A stretch of 64,000 nucleotides of DNA from Rhina ancylostomus (GCA_030265395.1 JARFYF010000094.1:61297876-61361875); one strand, 5' to 3'; numbered from the stretch's first letter, positions 51,599-63,752 are shown. Notes: generated from the sequence alone by a model not told the origin. Translations and numbers: made by a program.

Positions 51599-51759
51599 TG
51601 TATTTTCTCTGGATTTATAAATTTCTTGTGCTTCCTCAAATGTACAGGATTCCTCATAGCATTCTCTCTCTAGAGACCCTGGTTTAAGTTCTTCCCAGAA
51701 CCAGTTTGCACGTTTCCGAATTTTCAGCACTCTTGTTGCTTCATTCTTCTGGGAAAACA
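51599..51759 (-). CDS. Propeptide and Gla-domain exon ([54 protein letters not shown])
   Basis: 161 bp, phase 1-0; F-16/A-10/L-6 carboxylase recognition site; LERECxEExC motif. Confidence 0.97.
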
Positions 51760-52679
51760 CTATAAAAACGTTGCAGAGGGTGAGGTGGTGAAGGTGGCAT
51801 GTGGGGAGAGGATTTCAGGGAGGGCTGGCATTTCAAGGTTAAGATCACAATCATTAATTCAGACTGGTTCCAGGCCTGCTCTGGAATCAAATCTTTAATA
51901 AACACAGAACAAGAATCATTGTGTGATGCATGTTGCCCTGCAAGTAGTACTATTCCTGGTTGAAAAATAAACAGAGGAGAATGAAATCCCCCCACTGCTT
52001 CCCTCCCATGAAGTCAATTGCATAGAACTTCATAGAGCACCCCAGATCTTCGCTGTCCTTTCCAAAGGATTCTGTAATGTGCCCAGCAAATTGCCACCAA
52101 TCTCATTGATGTCAGCCTCTCAGCTGATGGAAATATGGATGTGTTTCTAGGCACTATTTTGTTTGGGATAATGTATACCTGTTTGTATTGGGCTCAGCAG
52201 TTGACAGGTTTTTCTGCTAAAATCAGAATTTACTGTTGTAACTTTCTCCAGATTTGCATTTAGAAGGTTCCACATCTAGTATCTGGTAGCCCAGAGCAGC
52301 TCACTTCATCCTTGGTTGCTCTGCCCTCCAGTTTAGTGAACTGGACTATCAAAATAGCCTGGCAATACTGCTGGAGGCACTTCACTGAGAATTGGAGTTG
52401 GAAACCAGCAGCCTGTAAATATCCAGGTCTGAAGCCTCAAAGACCAGAGAAATACACTTTTCACTTTCAGTTTCAACTTGATGCTTCTCCAGCTTGAGGA
52501 GGATTCTCATGTAAATCCCCATTGTCATTTGCAGGATGATGTTGCGTATCAGAGTCTGTTTGGAAATCCAGCTCCCACTGTCTCTCAAGCTTCCCTCTTT
52601 ACAAGCCTAGTTCAAGCCTTTGATTGTGGGCCCAAAAGGAGTGAAAGTGGACTCCTTACAAGGTAATGGAATGTAGATA

Positions 52680-53855
52680 CAGTGGCAGGCAAAAGTTTGG
52701 ACAGCCCTGGTCAAAATGTCTGTTACTATGAATAGCTAAGTGAATAAATGATGACCTGATTTCCAAAAGGCATAAAGTTAAAGCTGACACATTTCTTTAA
52801 TATTTTACGCAAAGTTACTTTTTTAATTCCACCCTTTACAGTTTCAAAATAACAGAAAAGGAAAAGGGCTTAAAGCAAAAGTTTGGACACCCTGCATGGT
52901 CAGTACTTAGTAACACCCCCTTTGGCAAGTATCACAGCTTGTAAACGCTTTCTGTAGTCAGCTAAGAGTCTTTCAATTCTTGTTTGGAAGATTCTTGCCC
53001 ATTCTTCATTGCAAAAGGCTTCTAGTTCTGTGAGATTTTTGGGCCGTCTTGCAGGCAGTGCTCTTTTGAGGTCTATCCACAGATTTTCAATGACGTTTAG
53101 GTCAGGGAACTGTGAGGGCCATGGCAAAACCTTCAGCTTGTGCCTCTTGAGGTAGTTCATTGTGGATTTTGAGATGTATTTAGGATCGTTATCCTGCTGT
53201 AGAAGCCATCCTCTTTCTTTTTCAATCTTTTTTTATTGGTTTCAAATCAATACAAATGGTATATGGCATCAAAGTTTGTACATATCTTANNNNNNNNNNN
53301 NNNNNNNNNNNNNNNNNNNNNNNNNNNNNNNNNNNNNNNNNNNNNNNNNNNNNNNNNNNNNNNNNNNNNNNNNNNNNNNNNNNNNNNNNTGGCTGCAACA
53401 CAAGCCCAAAGCATGATCGATCCACCCCCATGCTTAACAGTTGGGGAGGTGTTCTTTTCATGAAATTCTGCACCCTTTTATCTCCAAACTTTCCTGCATC
53501 CTCACCACAAAATTCAGGGTCAGTAGTTTGCAAAGGAACATCGAAACAAGCCTGATGCCTTTTGGAAACAAGTCCTGTGGACTGATGAAATTAAAGTAGA
53601 ACTTCTTGGCCGCAATGAGCAAAGGTATATTACTAAGTACTGACCATGCAGAGTGCCCAAACTTTTGCTTCTGGCACTTTTTCGTCATTTTGAAACTGTA
53701 AAACTGGAGATAAAAAAATAATCTTGCTTAAAATATTAAAGAAATGTGTCAGCTTTAACTTTATGCCTTTTGGAAATCAGGTAATCTTTTACTCACTTAG
53801 CTATTCACAGTAACAGAAATTTTGACCAGGGTGCCCAATCTTTTGCATGCCACTG
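52680..53855. mobile_element. Tc1 transposon derivative with transposase remnants on both strands
   Basis: CAGTGG...CCACTG termini with TA on both sides; WPSQFPDLNVIENLW...GGVTKY* on the - strand; VLWTDE on the + strand. Confidence 0.92.
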
Positions 53856-54364
53856 TATGTGGAAAAGTTAAATAAAAACTAGATAGATATTTGATAGAAC
53901 AGGATTAAAGATCAAGGACATTAATTTTCAGTAAAGGGAAGATGAAGGTAAACAAAGAAGAGGATGCCAGCAAACAAGGTGGGTTCTAAAAAGGCACGTC
54001 TTTGCAGCAACTTCAAAAAGGTAGGTTTGGCTAATCCACAAGGTCATCAGTGAATGAACACCAAGCAAATGGCTCTTGACTAAAGTGGATTTGATTTGAT
54101 TTGACTTTGTTCCTTGTACTTTACATAGGATTCATCTATTGGGTGATTCTTGGATTAATCTTATTTCTGTTCAAGTGACCTTTCAAATTACCATAACCAA
54201 AATGAACATCTGTATCTGCAGTTTCACGTCATGGGTGATAAGAAGATTCCTGAACTATTCCTTGCAATTTTCTCTTCTTGAAGCAGCAATGTGGTCAGTT
54301 CTATTTCTGAATATAACATTAACATGGGAAGCTTAGGTAGAGTTAATGTGATCTTGGCACCTAC

Positions 54365-54434
54365 CTGAGTTCTCAACACTCACAGCACAGCTAACCAGCA
54401 TCAGTGACGCCAAACACCAGTGACACCCCAGCAT
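54365..54434 (-). CDS. Signal-peptide exon (MLGCHWCLASLMLVSCAVSVENS)
   Basis: 70 coding bp, gtaggt donor in phase 1 joining the Gla exon; hydrophobic core; polypyrimidine/AG acceptor just upstream (about 54460). Confidence 0.85.
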
Positions 54435-55754
54435 TTTCAGGGTCTGAATGCAAATCCGTCTGGGTAAGAGAAAGGGAGGTTAGACAACAGAATCAACCTT
54501 TCAATGAACCCCCTTGGGGCTACTGGTTTCTCTGAACTGCAATCCACAAATGATGACCCCGTAAAACACCTGTTTTCCACTGGAGCAGAACAGGAGTCTC
54601 TTCCTGATGTTTGGTTACATCCATGTTTTGGTGTGAATTGGTTAACAGTCAAGGACATTTATTCTACAGGTAACGAAGGCCAATGCTTCAGTGCATGTAT
54701 CAACCGATGATCTAATTCTGTTATAACAATAATCACAGGGATACAAAACACTGAACCAACTCCTGGTAGTGAATCTACCTTTTGCATTCCAATTTTAAAA
54801 CGTGTTATCCTTGAGCACTGGGAATTCAATTACAAATATTTTTAAACCAACTTTTGATAAATCAATCACCTCAGTGTAAGAAAAACTTTACAAAAAAAGT
54901 TTATTATTAAAATTTGAGCTTCTCTTCAGAATAATATTCTGGGAAGCTCTACCAGTTTAGTGAGTGCAGCCCCCATGTTATATTTCTGGACCTATGCTGA
55001 CTGCCCTTTCCTAGGTACTACCTAAATTCTGGTTAGAACCTCCCACATGCACACCCCCAAGCTTTACATATATCCCATGCTGGTGAAAATCAGACTGGCA
55101 ACAGACTAAACCCAAGATGCAAACAAATTTCAAACTCTAGAATTGCGCACGCTGTCCAACAGGCTTTCCCATATCTGCTAGCTGTCACAATGTCGATCGG
55201 GAGCAAACTCACAGAGAACCCAAATGCAGCACACTGATACAAGACTAGAGTCAGGATACTTCCTCAGGACAAACACANNNNNNNNNNNNNNNNNNNNNNN
55301 NNNNNNNNNNNNNNNNNNNNNNNNNNNNNNNNNNNNNNNNNNNNNNNNNNNNNNNNNNNNNNNNNNNNNNNNNNNNNNNNNNNNNNNNNNNNNNNNNNNN
55401 NNNNNNNNNNNNNNNNNNNNNNNNNNNNNNNNNNNNNNNNNNNNNNNNNNNNNNNNNNNNNNNNNNNNNNNNNNNNNNNNNNNNNNNNNNNNNNNNNNNN
55501 NNNNNNNNNNNNNNNNNNNNNNNNNNNNNNNNNNNNNNNNNNNNNNNNNNNNNNNNNNNNNNNNNNNNNNNNNNNNNNNNNNNNNNNNNNNNNNNNNNNN
55601 NNNNNNTCTAAATTAAATCACATGTTAGATTACAGTGCCTGTTAAATACTCTCAAGATGTCTGAGCAGTTTTACTGCATGCCATCTGCAGTAATTTGGTC
55701 ATCTTTCCAGATGAAGAAGCTCTACTGAATATCCCAAAGAATTTGCTAACCTGT

Positions 55755-56105
55755 CTGGTGATGCAATGGCTGGTGTAGCTTCACACAGCTCCAGTGACCT
55801 GGGTTCAATCCTTAACCCTGCTGCCATCTCAGTGGAGTTTGCATGTTCTCATTCTGACTGCATGGGCTTCCCCTGAGTTCTCTGGTTTCCCCCCACGTCC
55901 CAAATATATGCTGGCTGGTAGTTAATTAGCCACTATAAATTACCCCAAGTATAATGGGTGGTAGGGGAATGAGGCGTGGGGTGTGGAGTTTAATGGGCTG
56001 GTGTGAGAGAACAGTTATAAGGAAAATATCTGGAGGAATGTGATTAATGGGATTGTTTCAGAGACCAGCATAAACCCTCACTGTGCCAAATGGCCACCTC
56101 CTACG
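55755..56105 (+). mobile_element. tRNA-derived V-SINE
   Basis: B box ggttcaatcc and V core. Confidence 0.8.
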
Positions 56106-57028
56106 TTCTAAGGAAATATGAGAGTTAATGAGTTAGAGTTAATGATTCTGCAATTATCTCTGAGCATCTCTTCATGAAGAGATGCCAGCAATTTACTCAA
56201 GGACTTTTTCTCCTTTTTTAAACAAGTTACAGTTAAAACTGCACACAAAGAATGTTCACGAGTGACGACAGCATTTGCTGTCTGGAAATGTGCATTATAT
56301 TCCAAATCCTTGATACAATGGAACCTAGTGATTGTGCCCATACTGGATCATTACCACCCCATGGTCCTTATCAGCAAATGGTGCACCTGGTTCTGCTCTT
56401 TTGACCTTAACTCCTGCAGCTCCAAGGAAGTTAGAAAACTCTGAGGGTGTAGCCAATATGCCACCCCCAATGGTAAGCGAGAAACAATGGAAACAAAAAA
56501 CAAAACAAAATCCAATCTAAAAATCAAGGGAATTAGAGGCTGGGAATTAAATGAAGAAATTAATCATCATAAACTATCTCTGCATGAGATTGAAGATGTA
56601 GGTTTTCAAAGCATGCAGTTTGGTTGTTAAGTGGAATGATCAAACAAGAGCCCCCAATTCCCTAAAATTAGTTCCTCCATTACACCACACAGGCACAACA
56701 AAACCAAGTCAAACACGTAACACGGACACACAAGTAGTCATAATATTTTTAAGTGGTCCTTTGATATTGGAAGCTCTCTGTAAAATGGGAACTCCTTTGG
56801 CTTTCCATATACAACAAATAATAGTCAAGTGATTCATAGGAATAGAAAAAGTCCCCTAAGTTTACTTAATACACCCCCATGTTATTAAAAAAACATTTGT
56901 TTAAACATTTACCTTTTGAAAATATTAAGTGCACTGTATGTTTAATGAAGAAATGTAATTGAATTCTTCAATGAAATAATTTTGATTTTATAACTAAATT
57001 GTTCAAGTTTAAGCTATTATTCACTTAC

Positions 57029-57130
57029 CTTGTCCTTGTCCCTCTGCTAAGTTCCAATTCTTTCAAACAGTACGCTAGTTGTTAACTAACTTATTCCAAA
57101 TATTGACTCAGTTAATCAATCATTTGGAAT
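57029..57130 (-). promoter_or_regulatory. Candidate non-coding exon 1 and liver-type proximal promoter of the protease gene
   Basis: Consensus donor AAG|GTAAGT at 57029/57028; adjacent cluster CAAATATTGACT (FoxA-like), TGACTCA, GTTAATCAATCAT (HNF1/HNF6-like). Confidence 0.55.
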
Positions 57131-59004
57131 TCCTGTTTTTTCCCTATGACTGGACAGCAGACCCAAACCTAAGTGAAACTGGCTCAATGTGCCTCAGGTT
57201 TTATTCCTGGTCTGGTTTGAGTTAACAAATTAGAATCGTAATCAGCTAAAAAAACAGAAGGTTATTCTGCCCATTGTTTTTTGGGCTATTAGGTAAAGAG
57301 CCCACTTCCCAGTCTTGGTTTGTGGCTTTGTAGGTTATGGCATATTAAGGGATAATAAAATATTAATCCATCATTGTCACCTGGTTAAAAATCTGTTCTT
57401 AACTCACTTCTAGCTGTTTTACCAGTTATTTAAATCTACGTCCTGGTATTGATTCCCCTACTCAAGGAAATATGTTCTTCCCATTCACTCTTTCTTGGGC
57501 TCTAATAATGTTACACATTTCATATAAAGTTATCTTCAGCTTCCTCTCTTCTTCAGTAAACAGCCCCAGCATATCCAATCTTTCTTCATAGCTGTAATTC
57601 TCCATTTCTTCACTCTTTAAAGCACAGTCCTATTCTTTGTGTAGTGTGGTGATCAAATCTGCACACTATTGTCATACAGTTTGTGCCTTAGTTAAGAAGG
57701 AAATGTACCCCAAGTGTCTTCTTAATCACCTTAACTATCCCAATACCTTCTGAGATCTGTGAAATACACGCCAAAAGTTCCTTTGCATCTCTGCACCTCT
57801 CACATTCCAACCAGTTATTGTGACCCTTTTCTTGTTTGCCTCCCCCAAGTGCATGAGTTCACAGAATCATAGAACAGTTGGCGCATGGTAGAACGCCATT
57901 CAGTCTGATGAGCTCTATGTAAGAGCAANNNNNNNNNNNNNNNNNNNNNNNNNNNNNNNNNNNNNNNNNNNNNNNNNNNNNNNNNNNNNNNNNNNNNNNN
58001 NNNNNNNNNNNNNNNNNNNNNNNNNNNNNNNNNNNNNNNNNNNNNNNNNNNNNNNNNNNNNNNNNNNNNNNNNNNNNNNNNNNNNNNNNNNNNNNNNNNN
58101 NNNNNNNNNNNNNNNNNNNNNNNNNNNNNNNNNNNNNNNNNNNNNNNNNNNNNNNNNNNNNNNNNNNNNNNNNNNNNNNNNNNNNNNNNNNNNNNNNNNN
58201 NNNNNNNNNNNNNNNNNNNNNNNNNNNNNNNNNNNNNNNNNNNNNNNNNNNNNNNNNNNNNNNNNNNNNNNNNNNNNNNNNNNNNNNNNNNNNNNNNNNN
58301 NNNNNNNNNNNNNNNNNNNNNNNNNNNNNNNNNNNNNNNNNNNNNNNNNNNNNNNNNNNNNNNNNNNNNNNNNNNNNNNNNNNNNNNNNNNNNNNNNNNN
58401 NNNNNNNNNNNNNNNNNNNNNNNNNNNNNNNNNNNNNNNNNNNNNNNNNNNNNNNNNNNNNNNNNNNNNNNNNNNNNNNNNNNNNNNNNNNNNNNNNNNN
58501 NNNNNNNNNNNNNNNNNNNNNNNNNNNNNNNNNNNNNNNNNNNNNNNNNNNNNNGCCCTCACAGAATTCACCAATCTCCACCCAAAAATTTGAGATATGA
58601 AATAAAATTCACCCTCATGGAATTAATTTAAAAAAGTAAATAAATCAAAACTTTTTTTTCAATTCGTGTTTCTTGACGCATGTGCAGATGATGTACCTTT
58701 GTGTATAAGAAAATTGCGATGTGGGCTGCTTTCTTTGAATGCAACACCTCTGTAATGTGTGGGGGGGGGAAATCACCTGTACTAAGCATAAATATCCCAA
58801 CCTCTCTGTACTTGTCCCTCTTTTGGAATTATCTCCTCTAGTTTGCACTGCCCTTTGCCCTTGTATCAAAAATTTTCAAAATTAAATTTCGTCTGAACAG
58901 AGGGACCTCCTTGCACAAGTCCCTAGATCCCTGAAGGTGGCAGCATAAGTAGATAAGGTGGTGAAGGAACTGTACCTGCATTAGACAGAGCACAGAACAG
59001 AAGA

Positions 59005-60350
59005 AACATCAGAAAATGCTGGAAAAACTCAACAGGTCAGGTAGCACCGGTGTAAAGGGAAAACAGTTAAGGTTTCAGGTCCAGAACCCTTCATCAGAAC
59101 TAAGAGAGAAACAAGTTAGTGTAGGTAGCAGAGAAGGTGGGGGAGTACGATGAGTGGAATATAGGAAATTTCTCTGATAAGGTGAAATAATGAGGCTATT
59201 AAGAGGCAGTTAAACCCCTTTGTGTAATGTGTTGCTAATGTTGTGTGGTCTGGTCAACTGGACATGCCTAGCAGGCCAGAATATACAAGTGAAAGAAAAA
59301 GAAAACAGGAGATGGCAGTTCTGTTACAAACAGAAGGAAAGAGCAAGTTACCTCAATTTGGATATTCAGTCCTGCAAGTTGCAATATGCCCAGATGGGAG
59401 ATGAGGTAGTGGTTAGCGTAACCTCATTACGGCGCCAGCGACCCGGATTCAATTCCGGCCACTGTCTGTAAGGAGTTTGTACACTCTCCCTGTGTCTGCA
59501 TGGGTTGCCTCTGGGTGCTCCGGTTTCCTCCCACATTCCAAAGACATACAGGTTAGGAAGTTGTGGGCGTGCTATACTGGCACCGGAAGCATGGTGTCAC
59601 TTGTGGGCTGCCCCCAGAACACTCTACGCAAAGAGATGAATTTCACTGTGTGTTTCAATGTACATGTGACTAATAAAGATATCTTAGGTGTTGTTCCTCA
59701 GGTTTGCATTGGACCTTGTAACACTGCAGGAGGCCACAGACAGAGAGGTCAGAGTAGGATGGTGAATTGAAGTGGCAAGCAATTGAAAGCTCAGAGTTAC
59801 TCCTGCAGACGGAGCACAAGTGCTCTGCAAACTGATCACCCAATCTGTGTTTGGTTTTCCCAGTGCAGAGGAAGCCACATTGTGAACACTGAATGCAGTG
59901 CACTAGATTGGAAGAAGTGCAAGTGAAAACTGCTACACATGGAAAGACTGTTTGGGTCCTGGGATGGTGGGAAGGGAAGAGGTGAAAGGGCAAGTGTTGC
60001 CTCTCACGCAAATGTATGGGGATTTTGGTGCCAAATAACAAGGAGTGGTACGTGGGGAGGGAAGGCTAGACCAGAGTCACAATGGGAGAAATGCCTATGA
60101 AAAGCAGAAAGGGGAAGGAATGGGAATACATGTTTGGTGGTGGAATGGGTTTGTCCCACTCATCACAGTGTCCCATCTTCTCTGTACCGTAGACTAACTT
60201 GTTTTTCTCTTTTTCAGTTCTGTTGAAGGGTCCCAGACTCGAAACATTACCTGTTTTACTTTCTATGGTTGCTGCCTGATTGGCTGAGTTTTGCCAGCAT
60301 TTTCTTTTTATTTCAGATTTCCTGCATCTGCACTGTTGTTTTTATTTTCA
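59005..60350 (-). mobile_element. Penelope-like remnant with inverted termini, interrupted by a V-SINE
   Basis: FTCTSSNLVHCIQCSQCGFLCTGKTKHRLGDQFAEHL (GIY-YIG remnant); hammerhead-like motifs at 59064-59101 (-) and 60215-60253 (+). Confidence 0.72.
59405..59684 (+). mobile_element. V-SINE, same subfamily as 63350-63752
   Basis: V core plus shared tail ...cagaacactctacgca...tgtacatgtgactaataaaga. Confidence 0.85.
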
Positions 60351-60960
60351 CAGAATATAAGAGCAGGGGCGTTATGATACATATTTATAAAACATTACTT
60401 AGGCCATAGCTGGAGTACTGTGTAAGTTGTGATTGCCACATTTTAGGAACGATGTGATTATATTGGAGAGGATGCAGAGGAGATTCACCAGGATGTTGTG
60501 TGGGATGAAGCATTTCAGTTGTAGGCACAGACTGGATGGGTTGGGTTTGTTTTCTTTGAAGTGGAGGAGGGTGAGAGGGACCTGATAAAGATACACAAGT
60601 TATGGGGGGGGGGGGGAGGTTGATAGGGAGACAGTAAGCAACTTTTGCCCTAAGTAGAGGTATCTAAAACTGGAGGACATAGGTTTAAGGTAATGGGTAA
60701 AAGGTTTAAAGAGGATCTGAGGAAGAACTTTATTACCCAGATGGTGTTTGGAATCTGGAACATAGTGCCAGAAAGAGTGGTAGATGTGAATACTCTCACG
60801 ACATTTAATTTCTAGGCAAACACTTAACACTTCATCACCAGTATGTAGAATTCAATGGACCAAGTGCTGGTACTGTATATGGGATTAGTATTGATGGGTG
60901 CCTGATGGTTGGCATGTACCTGGTGGGTCTGCTTCCATGCAGACGCTATGACTCTATGTG
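60351..60960 (+). mobile_element. CR1 LINE 3' fragment
   Basis: LERMQRRFTRM-like remnant and CR1 tail; continues a CR1 piece at about 58890-59000. Confidence 0.75.
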
Positions 60961-61019
60961 ACAATATCTATCCTCCCATTCTGCAAATCTGCCTGTATCC
61001 CCTTGAAGTCTGTGATTTC

Positions 61020-62340
61020 CCCCTCACAGTTTATTTGAAGTTGTATCCTGTATGCCCGTCCAAATCTCTAATAAAGCAGTGGTCCTATCACTGACCCCTG
61101 AGGAATTCTGCTGTACGTTTCCCTTGAGTCTGAGAAACAACCATTCACCACTACATGATTTCCTGTTAATTAGCCAAATTTTTATCCAAGCTGCGATAGC
61201 CTCTTCAATTCCATGACCTTCAGTTTTGATGACATACCTTGTATATGGCACTGCATCAAATGTCTTTTGCAAGTCCATATACCACATCAATCACATTTCA
61301 CTCATTGACCCACTCTATTGCTTTATCAACAGACTCTACAAAGTTAGTTGGATAGATTTTGACTTTAACAAATGTTGGCTTCCTCTAATAGATCCACACT
61401 TGTTCTAGTGACTTCTATTCCAGATTATCATTTCTAGGACTTTCCCACTAAGGTTAAGTTAACTATTATAATTGCTAGGTTTCTCCCTACACTTTTTTGA
61501 ACAAGGTTGTACCATTTGCGATTTTCCAATCTTCAGGCACAACTCCTGCATTTAATGGTGTCTGGAATTTCACAGCCAAGCCTTCTGCAATTTCCTCCAT
61601 TACTTTCCACAGCAACTTGTCAGGATCAAATGGTTGATCCACTTAAAGTCTAGCTGGTGTTTCTAGTGCCTCCTCTTTATCAATTTTTAGCCCATCCAGG
61701 AGTTTAATTACATCTTCCTTTGCTGAAACTTCAGCAGAATTTTCTTTCTTGGTATTCTGAAGTACTGATGTAGTAATGTAGCTATGGGCTCTGACTCCTT
61801 GAGTAAATTTCCTTTTTGGTTTCTGATTGGCCTCACCTCTCATCTCACATCCTGTTCACCTGTCTTTAGAATACTTTTGGATTCCCTTTTAAGTTTGCTG
61901 TCAGTTGCTACTCATGCTTTCTCATTGCTTGTCTTATTTGCTCTCTTAATTCCCCTCTGAACTTCCTGTAACCAGTCAGACATACATTAACAGTGTCTGT
62001 CTTATGGTCTTTCCTTCTGCTCTTTTTTATTCTAACATTTTCATCGAGGGGTCTGACATTAATTTCCATAACCTTCTCACTTATAGGAATCTGCCAGATT
62101 CTGTGCCCTCACTGCCAACTTGAATGTCTGCCCTGTACTGACACCTCAAGCTAGCTGTTTCAGGTCTACTTTGACTAAATCACATCTCAGCTTAATAAAA
62201 TTGGCCTTTTCCCATCTGGGAACTTTCACTCATGTTCGTCTCCTTAACAGTGCGAAACATAACTTTATATTCATGACTGCCACCAAGATGCTTCTCCATA
62301 GAGAACCATCCATCTTCCCAACTTTATTCCCTAAAGTCCA
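61020..62340 (-). mobile_element. Degenerate CR1 LINE (RT region)
   Basis: Translation YMDLQKTFDAVPY...GIE..IAAWIKIWL. Confidence 0.7.
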
Positions 62341-63349
62341 GAACTCTATCCTTTCAGCAGTTAATCCCACCTAAAAGCTGTACTTTTTCCCTCAGGTTTG
62401 GCAAAAGCCAACAGTTTCACACAATGCAGAAGGCATTTACTTTGTAAACACCTGACAGTTTGCTACTCCTGTGTAAGCATCCATAAATGTGGAAGTCCCA
62501 AGGTTCCTTGCGGTTGTTCATCAGTAATGCTGGGCGATCTGTGTCAGGTTAGACCTCATGGTTTAGTGGCTCCATTCATTTCAATGGAGAGGAACAGCTG
62601 CAAGGAGAGAGGTAAGTTTCAGAGTTAGTTTAGGTGCATTCAATTAATTTTGTTTGTTTTCTAGTGTGATCGTGTTATAATTTAGTTTTTTTTAAAAATT
62701 TGGTATAGTTTGAATGTGATTGTTAGAAATACTCACAAACCTTCAAGATGTTTGATAGCTGGTTCAGCTTGGCTGTTGTGGCTTAATTGACTGTCAAAGC
62801 ATATCTGTGAGATTTATGGTCAGACAGACTCTTACCGCAAAGAACTTGCTGGTCAGATTGGATCTAGCTTCAGTCAAGAAGCTCTTGCTGGAAGATTTGC
62901 TCAAAGTAAAAGTGAGTTTAGCTCACAGAGAACTTCAGGTCATTGTGATTTCAATAATATCTGTATTTTCAGCACAAAGAATACCTTATACATTCAGTTT
63001 AAAAAAATGAAGTCATAAAAAAACCTGCAGATTCTGAAAGTCTGAAATAAAAACAGAAAATGCTGAAAACACTTTGCAGGTCAGGCAGTATCTGTGGAAA
63101 GAGAAACAGTTTGAGGTTGAAGACCATTCATTCAAACTTGGAAAGAGAGAAAAGAATTTGGTTTTAAATGCCGAGAGGGCAGATAGCACAAAGACAATAT
63201 CTCTGATAAGGTCGTGTGACCTTTGGGAACTATTGCAGAGACGATCCAGTCCATGGGTGATGGGTGCACTTGGAGAGGTTAATTGAGCCAGCTTCATACT
63301 TCTTTGGGATCTCACTCTCTAACTGCCCTCATTCATGGTTTTTTTTTGA

Positions 63350-63752
63350 AGATAGGATCTCTTTATTAGTCACATGTACATCAAAACACACAGTGAAATG
63401 CATCTTTTTGCGTAGAGTGTTCTGGGGGCAGCCCACAAGTGTCGCCACGCTTCCGGCGCCAACATAGCATGCCCACGACTTCCTAACCCGTACGTCTTTG
63501 GAATGTGGGAGGNNNNNNNNNNNNNNNNNNNNNNNNNNNNNNNNNNNNNNNNNNNNNNNNNNNNNNNNNNNNNNNNNNNNNNNNNNNNNNNNNNNNNNNN
63601 NNNNNNNNNNNNATGTGGGAGGAAACTGGAGCACCCGGAGGAAACCCACGCAGACACGGGGAGAACGTACAAACTCCTCACAGACAGCGATGGGAATTGA
63701 ACCCGGGTCGCTGGCATTGTAATAGTGTTATTAGCTGCTACACTACCGTGCC
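63350..63752 (-). mobile_element. Young V-SINE (contains a spurious gap)
   Basis: A/B boxes, V core with CpGs retained, shared tail with 59405-59684. Confidence 0.88.

Noticed and set aside
37054-54434. Naming the protease PROC, F7, F9 or F10
   Set aside because: Synteny points to PROC but diagnostic residues are mixed; no symbol is justified without a phylogeny
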